64,000 nt of DNA from an uncultured Rickettsiales bacterium (GTDB lineage Bacteria > Pseudomonadota > Alphaproteobacteria > Rickettsiales > UBA1997), in NCBI GenBank assembly GCA_944392135.1, contig CALXVQ010000003.1:8075-72074 (forward strand), read 5' to 3'. Below are positions 55,473 to 64,000 of the stretch, in pieces (the stretch's first letter is position 1; every line of letters begins with the position of its first letter). The position numbers and the translations under genes were made by a program. The notes below the pieces were generated by a model that was given only the letters and a program-made list of their open reading frames with translations, was not told the origin of the DNA and ran no database searches.

Positions 55473-56753
55473 ATGGAAGGGAGAAAAAAAATATTTATAA
55501 TCGCTGGTGAAGCATCGGGAGATTTACTTGGTAGTAAAATAATGAAATCATTAATAAATAATGATAAAAATGTAGAAATTACTTTTTGTGGTATTGGTGG
55601 TGAAAAAATGGAAAAAGAGGGTTTAAAATCTCTTTTTCCAATGAGTGATTTATCTTTAATGGGATTTTTTGAAGTTTTACCAAAAGTTTTTAAATTACTT
55701 AAAAGAATTAAACAAACTGTTAATACTATTATTAAAGAAAAACCAGATGCTATACTTACAATAGATTCGCCAGGTTTTTGTTTTAGAGTAATGGAAAAAT
55801 TAAAATGCAAAGATAAAAAATTTTTTGATTCTGTAAAAAAAATTCATCTAATTGCACCTAGTGTTTGGGCTTATAAAGAAAAAAGAGCGAAAAGAATTTC
55901 CAAAATTTATGATTTATTACTTTGTATACTTCCATTTGAACCACCATATTTTGAAAAATATGGATTAAAAACAGAATATATAGGACACCCAATTTTTGAT
56001 GATGATACAAAATATTCTACTAAATATTCAAAAAGTGATTTGTCAAAAAATTATAGTGTATCATATGATGATATTATTATAATTTTGACACCTGGTAGTA
56101 GAGAAAGTGAAGTTGAAAGAATTTATCCTATAATGATAAAAGCAATTAATATTTTAAAAGAAAGATATTGTTATACTTATAAAGATTATCATATTTTTAC
56201 TTTTGCAAATAATCATACAAGAGATTTAGTAGATTTTACAGCACACGAATATGAATTTAAAACTAAAATCATTACTAATGAAACAGAAAAAGCAAAAATA
56301 TTATCTTGTGCTAATGTTGCATTAGCTAAATCAGGAACCAATACTTTTGAATTTAATATTTATGGTGTTCCTTTGGTTATTACATATACATTTAATTGGT
56401 TTACAAATAAAATAGTGAAAAGAGTTGTAAAAATTAAATATGCTAATTTAGTTAATATTTTAGCTAATCAAGAAATTATACCAGAATTTGTTTTAGATAA
56501 TGTTGATCCATCACAAATTGCAGAACAACTAAATAAATTTTTAAAAGATAGACAATTATGCAAAAAACAAATAGAAGACACAAGAAATGTTATTAAACAA
56601 TTAGGTTATAATTGTCCCGAAAAAGCTTCTTATTGTGGTGCGACTAAGATTCTTAATTTAATTCTTGATATTAAAGATGACAATAAAGAAAATGGCGAAA
56701 AGCAAGAAGATAATACTAATAAATTAGAAAGTAATGAAAAAAATACTAACTAA
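55473..56753 (+). CDS. lpxB: Lipid-A-disaccharide synthase
   Basis: Starts at ATG 55473. KIFIIAGEASGDLLGSKIM and the GT19-type pattern DSPGF... are present. An unusual low-complexity acidic C-terminal tail is appended. Confidence 0.85.
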   Translation: MEGRKKIFIIAGEASGDLLGSKIMKSLINNDKNVEITFCGIGGEKMEKEGLKSLFPMSDLSLMGFFEVLPKVFKLLKRIKQTVNTIIKEKPDAILTIDSPGFCFRVMEKLKCKDKKFFDSVKKIHLIAPSVWAYKEKRAKRISKIYDLLLCILPFEPPYFEKYGLKTEYIGHPIFDDDTKYSTKYSKSDLSKNYSVSYDDIIIILTPGSRESEVERIYPIMIKAINILKERYCYTYKDYHIFTFANNHTRDLVDFTAHEYEFKTKIITNETEKAKILSCANVALAKSGTNTFEFNIYGVPLVITYTFNWFTNKIVKRVVKIKYANLVNILANQEIIPEFVLDNVDPSQIAEQLNKFLKDRQLCKKQIEDTRNVIKQLGYNCPEKASYCGATKILNLILDIKDDNKENGEKQEDNTNKLESNEKNTN

Positions 56754-57255
56754 CATATTTTTTGTAGTTGTCTTTTTTAGCGTGGTGAATTTTACCTATG
56801 CCTCTTCCATTACATCTACTAAAATAAATAAAAATCAACCATTAAATATTACATCTAATAAGGTGGAAATTATTAGGAATAAAGGAGAAATCATTTTTAT
56901 AGGTGATGTTATAGCCACACAAGATGAATTTACTTTATATGCAGATAAAATGACTGTTAAATATAATGAGTCAAAAGATCAAAAAGTAAATATTGATAAT
57001 ATAAAAGCAACTAAAAATGTAAAATTTGTAAATCAAGCAATAGTTGCAACTGGTGATGAAGGTATTTATGATGTTAAAAAAAATATTATAACAATGAAAA
57101 AAAATATTAAAGCGACAGAAAAAGGCATTACAGTTTATGCTGATGAATTTTCTTATGATGTAAATACTGGTAAGAGTAATATAGTTGGCAATAAACAACA
57201 AAATGAGAGAGTTGTTATAATTTTAGACAATCTTAATGATTTAAATAAGAAATAA
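56734..57255 (+). CDS. lptA: LptA/OstA-like periplasmic LPS transport protein
   Basis: Has a signal peptide and an OstA-N-like beta-jellyroll pattern (ITSNKVEI...GDVIATQDEFTLYADKMTV...ATGDEGIYD). It is adjacent to lpxB. Confidence 0.55.
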   Translation: MKKILTNIFFVVVFFSVVNFTYASSITSTKINKNQPLNITSNKVEIIRNKGEIIFIGDVIATQDEFTLYADKMTVKYNESKDQKVNIDNIKATKNVKFVNQAIVATGDEGIYDVKKNIITMKKNIKATEKGITVYADEFSYDVNTGKSNIVGNKQQNERVVIILDNLNDLNKK

Positions 57256-57313
57256 TATATAAATCATATTTTTTTATTGACTTTATAAAAAATAAATATA
57301 AAATTCTTGATAT

Positions 57314-57389
57314 GCCACAATAGCTCAGCTGGTAGAGCAACTGATTTGTAATCAGTAGGTCCTTGGTTCGAGTCCGAGTTGTGGCACCA
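57314..57389 (+). tRNA. tRNA-Thr (anticodon UGU), CCA encoded
   Basis: A hand-folded cloverleaf. Acceptor GCCACAA/TTGTGGC; D arm GCTC-AGCTGGT-AGAGC; anticodon arm ACTGA-TTTGTAA-TCAGT; T arm CTTGG-TTCGAGT-CCGAG; ACCA tail. Confidence 0.9.
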
Positions 57390-57478
57390 TTTCTTTATAA
57401 TAATCATACAGACTATTTAAAAAAACAAAGTTGTAAAACTTTGCTGATAGTTTGTTTTGTATGTAAAATATAAAAAAC

Positions 57479-57507
57479 CCCACTTAATTAAAGTGGGTAT
57501 TTTTTTA
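57479..57507. terminator. Bidirectional terminator between tRNA-Thr and sdaA
   Basis: CCCACTT-AATTA-AAGTGGG, flanked by AAAAAA upstream and TATTTTTTT downstream. Confidence 0.6.
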
Positions 57508-57522
57508 TATATATTTTTATAT

Positions 57523-58965
57523 TTATTTTTTTTCTTCTTCGCAAACATTGCAAGTGGAGCAAGCACAAGAAATACAAGTAGGAATAATTGTACTTCTACC
57601 ATTTCTAGAATTGATAGCTAAACCACCTTGTGATGTTTCTTTATATTTACAAGGCATTTCTTTACCAACTTGTTTCATTGTTAATATAACTTGATCAAGA
57701 GTACAGAATAAACTTTTTTCTTCTCTTAAAGCTAATCTCATAGCATTAATAGCTTTTACTGCATTCATAGGGTTTCTTTCAATACAAGGAACTTGTACTA
57801 AACCACCAACTGGATCACAAGTTAAACCTAAATTATGCATTAAGCCAATAACACCAGCATTTTCTATTTGATAATTAGTTCCACCTAATGCTGCTGTTAA
57901 ACCGGCAGCAGCCATACAACAAGCACTTCCTATTTCTGCTTGACAACCACCTTCTGCACCTGAAATTGTAGCATTCTTTTTACAGAATACACCAACTATT
58001 CCAGAAACTAATATAAATTTTTTAATGTTTTCAAATGTATATTGTTTTGGGTAATATACTTGAAAGAATTTAATGATTGCAGGAATTACAGCAGCAGCAC
58101 CATTTGTAGGGGCTGTGACAATTTTTCCTAAACTAGCATTTTCTTCTGCACCAGCTAAACCCCATAAATCAACCCAATCAAAAACATTTAATGGATCATT
58201 ACTTTTATCTTCTTTTAATTTTTTATACAATGCAGGAGCTCTTCTTGAAAGATTTAGACTTCCAGGTAATTTTCCTTTTCTATTTAAACCATTTTCTATT
58301 GTTTCATGCATTACATCGACAATTTCTTGAATTTCTTTGTCAATTTCTTCTTCACTTCTCCAACATTTTTCATTTTCTAAAACAACTTCATCTATTCTAA
58401 GATGTTTTTTATCACATATAGCTAACAACTCTTTAAAATTGGTAAAACTATATTTAATAGGCCTATCTTCTTTTGGACTGGGCAAATCTAACTGATCTTG
58501 TGTAACAATAAAACCACCACCTGTTGAATAATATGTTTGAAAATAAAGAATATTATTATCTTTGTCAAAAGCACCAATTGACATACCATTGCTATGAAAT
58601 TCTAATTCTTCTGTTTTATGTAGGTGTAAATTTTTTTCTTCTGTGTATTGAATAGTTTTCTTTTTAGCTAAATTTAATGTTTTTTCTGTTTTGATTCTAG
58701 AAACCTCTGCTTCTATTTCACTAGGAACAACTGTTTTAGGTGTAAAGCCTTCTAAACCTAATTCAATAGCTAAAAATGTAGCATGTCCCTTTCCTGTTAA
58801 AGCTAATGAACCATATAAATCAATATTTACAGCTTCAACTTTATCTAATAATTTTTTTTCAATTAAAGTTTCTATAAACATATTTCCGGCAACCATCGGC
58901 CCAAAAGTATGGGAACTAGATGGTCCAATACCTATTTTAAAGATATCAAATATACTAATATTCAT
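57523..58965 (-). CDS. sdaA: L-serine dehydratase (single-chain, Fe-S type)
   Basis: MNISIFDIFKIGIGPSSSHTFGPM N-terminus and SGAEGGCQAEIGSACCMAAAG in the alpha-domain Cys region. Confidence 0.9.
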   Translation of the reverse strand: MNISIFDIFKIGIGPSSSHTFGPMVAGNMFIETLIEKKLLDKVEAVNIDLYGSLALTGKGHATFLAIELGLEGFTPKTVVPSEIEAEVSRIKTEKTLNLAKKKTIQYTEEKNLHLHKTEELEFHSNGMSIGAFDKDNNILYFQTYYSTGGGFIVTQDQLDLPSPKEDRPIKYSFTNFKELLAICDKKHLRIDEVVLENEKCWRSEEEIDKEIQEIVDVMHETIENGLNRKGKLPGSLNLSRRAPALYKKLKEDKSNDPLNVFDWVDLWGLAGAEENASLGKIVTAPTNGAAAVIPAIIKFFQVYYPKQYTFENIKKFILVSGIVGVFCKKNATISGAEGGCQAEIGSACCMAAAGLTAALGGTNYQIENAGVIGLMHNLGLTCDPVGGLVQVPCIERNPMNAVKAINAMRLALREEKSLFCTLDQVILTMKQVGKEMPCKYKETSQGGLAINSRNGRSTIIPTCISCACSTCNVCEEEKK

Positions 58966-59104
58966 TTATTTTTCTTTATTAAAATACTAGTTTGCATTGT
59001 ATAAAGTGATTTTTTTATTTTCAAGAAATAAGTTTATTTAATTAATAAAATTGATTTTTAATAAAAATTTTATAAAATATTTTTGTCTAATAATATATTA
59101 TATT

Positions 59105-59776
59105 ATGAATATTAAACAAAGGCCTGAAATAATAGCATTTGATTGGGATAATACACTCGCTCTTAATAGAGAAGTAGTTGTTAATGCTATGAATAAAGTT
59201 TTATCAAAATATGGTAAAGCAGAATGGGACATTATTAAAAAAGAAAAAAGAGATAAAAATAAATCTTTGAAAGAAAATTTTATTAATTTCTTTGGTGAAG
59301 ACTTAGAAAAACAAGCATATAATGATTATTTAAATTTTTATAATGAATTTAATTATCTTTTACAAGCACCGGAAAATGCAAAAGAATTATTAAAAATATT
59401 AAATGATAAAAATATTAAAATTATTATAGTCAGCAATAAAGAAAGAAAATTATTATTAGATGAAATTAAAATATTATATAATGATATAAATTTTTATAAA
59501 ATTATGGCAAATGGTGATAGTGAAAAGAATAAACCAGACCCAGCTCCAATATTTAAAGCATTAGAAGATTTAAATATAGAAATTAATTATAATAATGTAT
59601 GGCTTATAGGTGATTCAAACCAAGATATAGATTGTGCTTATAATGCAAATATTCAGCCAATATTATATGGCAAAGGAAAAATAGCAAATGCAGAATATTT
59701 TGAAGAAAAAAAGAAGGCTACACCACCTATGTGGCAAATATTTGATTTTAAAGAGGTTATTAATTATATAATATAA
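59105..59776 (+). CDS. HAD-superfamily phosphatase (phosphoglycolate-phosphatase-like)
   Basis: Starts at ATG 59105. Motif I is IAFDWDNTL. Also VSNK, KPDPAP and GDSNQD. Confidence 0.7.
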   Translation: MNIKQRPEIIAFDWDNTLALNREVVVNAMNKVLSKYGKAEWDIIKKEKRDKNKSLKENFINFFGEDLEKQAYNDYLNFYNEFNYLLQAPENAKELLKILNDKNIKIIIVSNKERKLLLDEIKILYNDINFYKIMANGDSEKNKPDPAPIFKALEDLNIEINYNNVWLIGDSNQDIDCAYNANIQPILYGKGKIANAEYFEEKKKATPPMWQIFDFKEVINYII

Positions 59777-59781
59777 TAAAA

Positions 59782-59814
59782 ATATATGGAGTCTTAAACT
59801 CCATATATTTTTTT
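59782..59814. terminator. Bidirectional terminator (HAD gene / groEL)
   Basis: An 11-bp stem, ATATATGGAGT-CTTAA-ACTCCATATAT, followed by TTTTTT. Confidence 0.6.
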
Positions 59815-59835
59815 AATTTAATGTGTAATAATTGA

Positions 59836-61560
<1,725 letters not shown>

Positions 61561-61679
61561 TCATTAAAACATAATCAAAATATTTTAATCAATATTCACA
61601 ATCTTACAATTAAACAACTTCATTAATAAAATAATAAAATAAACTATAAATTTGAAAATTTAATAATTAAAAATAAAAA

Positions 61680-62030
61680 TTATTTAGCTTTTGATGTTTT
61701 TATAATTTTGATTAAAATATTTATGATTTCATTTACTTTTAAAATATATTCATTAAAATTGTATTCCACAATTTTTGATTCTTTTAATAATTTTAACCAA
61801 TATCTAGTTTCAACACCTTCTTTTAAAGATATTGAAAGTTTAGAAATAAAATCAGCTTTACTTTGAGCTTGTAATGCTTCTTCAATATTAGCTCCAATGC
61901 TTGTACCAGATCTTAATAATTGTTTAGATAATATAAATTCATTATTTTTATTAAGTATTTTATATAATTCAATAATTAGTAAAGCAAAATCAAAGCTCTT
62001 TTTTTGTATAATATTATCTGATTCAAACAT
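61680..62030 (-). CDS. Four-helix-bundle protein (23S rRNA intervening-sequence protein / Avd-like family)
   Basis: FDFALLIIELYKILNKNNEFILSKQLLRSGTSIGANIEEA...SKADFISKLSISLKEGVETRYWLKLL matches, from memory, the TIGR02436-type pattern (LxRSxxSIGANIAEG...F..kl.ia.kE..Et.yWL.l). The start is set at ATG 62030, because the tracked TTG at 62042 lies inside the heptamer tract. Confidence 0.7.
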   Translation of the reverse strand: MFESDNIIQKKSFDFALLIIELYKILNKNNEFILSKQLLRSGTSIGANIEEALQAQSKADFISKLSISLKEGVETRYWLKLLKESKIVEYNFNEYILKVNEIINILIKIIKTSKAK

Positions 62031-62033
62031 AAT

Positions 62034-62068
62034 AATTTTCAATTTTCAATTTTCAATTTTCAATTTTG
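62034..62068. repeat. Tandem heptamer tract (AATTTTC) x4 plus AATTTTG
   Basis: Lies between the groES stop (62072) and the four-helix-bundle gene start. It is the inverted partner of 61525-61554. Confidence 0.9.
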
Positions 62069-62071
62069 GAA

Positions 62072-62359
62072 TTATTCTTGAATAATTCCAAGTACATCAC
62101 TCTCTTTTAAGATAATTAAAGTATCATCTCCTGGAACTTCTGTTCCACCCCATTTTGAGAATAAAACTTTATCACCTTCTTTTAAAATCATAGGTATTGG
62201 TTTACCATTTGGTTCTCTGGCACCGTCGCCAACTGATATAACGGTTCCAATTGATGGTTTTTCTTTTGATGTGTCAGGAATAATAATTCCACCAGCAGTT
62301 TTTTGCACTGCCTCTTCTCTTTTTACTAAAACTTTATCATATAATGGTTTTATTTTCAT
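62072..62359 (-). CDS. groES: Co-chaperonin GroES
   Basis: ATG 62359 (MKIKPLYDKVLVKREE...). 95 aa with a GGIIIPDTSKEKP mobile loop. Confidence 0.95.
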   Translation of the reverse strand: MKIKPLYDKVLVKREEAVQKTAGGIIIPDTSKEKPSIGTVISVGDGAREPNGKPIPMILKEGDKVLFSKWGGTEVPGDDTLIILKESDVLGIIQE

Positions 62360-62403
62360 TTCTTTTCCACTCATTATTAATAACAAATTAATTCATAATT
62401 GTT

Positions 62404-62434
62404 ATATAGTGTTTATAAAATTTTTTACAAGTAT
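62404..62434 (-). promoter_or_regulatory. Possible RpoH-type promoter of groES
   Basis: Minus strand: CTTGTAA, then 18 nt counted from CTTG, then CTATAT. This resembles the alphaproteobacterial sigma-32 consensus CTTG-N17-18-CYTAT.T. Confidence 0.35.
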
Positions 62435-62556
62435 ATAATTAAAAAATATTAATAATATTATTGTTTTAGTATTTATTCTTACAATATTGAAAAATAAATT
62501 GATTTTTTTATTATAAATATTACACTTGGTCTAAGTCTAATTATATTAAAAATTTT

Positions 62557-63246
62557 ATGTCAGATAAAAAACTTATAATCAAAAATATTTTTTGGGATGT
62601 TGATGGTGTTTTAGCAAACTTGAACCATGCTTATTATTGCTTTATTAAGAATCATCCTAAATTTAAAGATCATTTTAAACAATATGAATATAAAGATTTA
62701 GCAGAAGCTTTACCAATAGATACAGAAAAATATGGAGCTATGGAATTAAAAACACACCCAACCCTTGGTATAGAATTAGACAAAGAATTTTGTGTAAGTA
62801 ATGATTATTATTTTGATAGACCATTATACCCAGGTACTGCAAAAATATTAAGAGAATTAAACGATATGGGTTATTTACAAATGACTATGTCAGCAGGATT
62901 TAATATGGATAAAAAGAAGGAATTATTAAAAAGAGTACTTGGTGATTTAACTGACTTTGTAAAAATTGAAGTTGTTGAACACGATAAAGCAGGTATGCAT
63001 GCTGGAAGTACAAAAGAAGCTAAAATGTTAGAAGTTTTAGAAAAACTTGGTGCAAAACCAGAAGAAACTGTTTTGGTTGATGACAGAATTTATAATATAT
63101 ATTCAGCTTTAAAAGCAGGAGTTCATCCAGTTAGATTTAGAAGTGAATTTACAACAGATTCACCAGCTGATTTAAAAGATGTTCCAGAAGTTGAAAATAT
63201 CTATCAATTCAAGGATTGGCTATTGACAAATACAACCATGAAATAA
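62557..63246 (+). CDS. HAD-like hydrolase / 5'(3')-nucleotidase-like protein
   Basis: Motif I is FWDVDGVLAN and a late VDDR motif is present. 229 aa. Confidence 0.5.
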   Translation: MSDKKLIIKNIFWDVDGVLANLNHAYYCFIKNHPKFKDHFKQYEYKDLAEALPIDTEKYGAMELKTHPTLGIELDKEFCVSNDYYFDRPLYPGTAKILRELNDMGYLQMTMSAGFNMDKKKELLKRVLGDLTDFVKIEVVEHDKAGMHAGSTKEAKMLEVLEKLGAKPEETVLVDDRIYNIYSALKAGVHPVRFRSEFTTDSPADLKDVPEVENIYQFKDWLLTNTTMK

Positions 63247-63310
63247 TTAATTTTATACTCTCAATATTTTTTATTGAGAGTTTTTTAAAAATAAATATAT
63301 ATAAAAAAAT

Positions 63311-64000
63311 ATGCAAAACAATGAAGAAGCAATGGCATGTATTTTGATGCCATATTATAGAACTAGACAGGAATTTTTTGAAAAGTCTATTAATAGTTTT
63401 ATACAATAAGATTATAAAAATAAAAAATTAATTATATATATTGATGATAAAATAGATCAAAAAGAAAGTATTTTAAATTTTTTAAATGATAATGAAAAAC
63501 AAAATATTATTATTGGTGGTATAGAACATAAAGGTGTTGCAACAGCTAGAAATGAATTACTAAAATATATAAAAGAAAATATAAATGATAATTCATTTAT
63601 ATTTCAATTAGATTCTGATGATCAATATATGAAAAATAATGCTGTTTCTAATGCAATTAACTTAATGCAAAATGGTAATGCTGATCTTGGCATTTTAGAG
63701 TTTTCTTATGGTTTTTATGATGGAAGAACTCAAAATGCTGATTCATTAAAAACAGAATTAGAAACAAAAGAATTAGTTCAAAAATATGAAAAAGCAAAAT
63801 ATTTTGATATTAATAACATTACAAAAATGACTAGTTTTGGTTGTGTCAAGGTGTATAGCGGTAATATTTTTAAAAAATTCATTATTGTTAAAGAAAATCA
63901 AAAATATTTTGACTTTGTTTATATAGGAATATTTTTTAGTGATAAACTAAAAATAATTGGTATTGTAGGAAATAATATAATTTTTAATAAATATAATTCT
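63311..64000 (+). pseudogene. Family-2 glycosyltransferase interrupted by an in-frame TAA (63407-63409); runs off the window end
   Basis: Hand translation gives MQNNEEAMACILMPYYRTRQEFFEKSINSFIQ*DYKNKKLIIYIDDKIDQ...FQLDSDDQYM... This is the GT2 N-terminal pattern (ILMP.Y......I.S...Q.Y....lii.DD ... DSDD) with a stop inside it. Confidence 0.6.

Noticed and set aside
57417-57602. ORF 57417..57602 (minus) and the long C-terminal tail of sdaA.
   Set aside because: The small ORF spans the bidirectional terminator and the 3' end of sdaA in another frame, so it is spurious.
62387-62556. A CIRCE (HrcA) operator upstream of groES.
   Set aside because: No TTAGCACTC-N9-GAGTGCTAA-like inverted repeat is present. 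Only a weak sigma-32-like CTTG-N18-CTATAT was found.

Overview
This is a very AT-rich chromosomal window from a Gram-negative bacterium (lpxB, lptA-like gene and a beta-barrel OMP are present). RpoH, a GTA-type TIGR02217-like gene and Rickettsia-palindromic-element-like repeats suggest an alphaproteobacterial, Rickettsiales/Holosporales-like symbiont; this is inference only, as no database search was possible. Nt 1-6650 hold the distal ribosomal-protein cluster (L6-L18-S5-L30-L15-secY-adk-S13-S11-rpoA-L17), with rplS appended. Nt ~6650-17350, between rplS and ychF, form an accessory island. It carries an orphan pilin-like gene and a complete type II-C CRISPR-Cas locus: a minus-strand tracrRNA with its own promoter and terminator, cas9, cas1, cas2, and a 27-repeat array whose crRNA sense is the minus strand, with a -10 promoter inside every repeat. 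Beyond the array lies the most unusual part of the window. A second, divergent 36-nt repeat family (3 copies, called psiR here) combines the crRNA-repeat 5' end with a tracrRNA-like motif. These copies bracket gene-sized cassettes that encode very acidic small proteins and a membrane-anchored protein. Between psiR1 and the last canonical repeat sits a perfect 28-bp palindrome occupying exactly two array periods. The rest of the window is mostly housekeeping: ychF, a split and atypical F/N-type ATP synthase, mscS-family channel, pepF, hemW, miaA, dnaN, PFOR, murA, rpoH, acpP, lpxB, tRNA-Thr, sdaA, groESL. Four further oddities stand out. One is a 2625-aa Cys-rich secreted giant protein with sushi/CCP-like Cys-Trp motifs. 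Another is a four-helix-bundle (23S-IVS-protein-like) gene inserted between groES and groEL and flanked by inverted heptamer tracts. The third is a pair of ~1-kb non-coding deserts filled with the same composite palindromic repeat family in opposite orientations. The fourth is a GT2 glycosyltransferase with an in-frame stop. All alignments and counts were done by eye.
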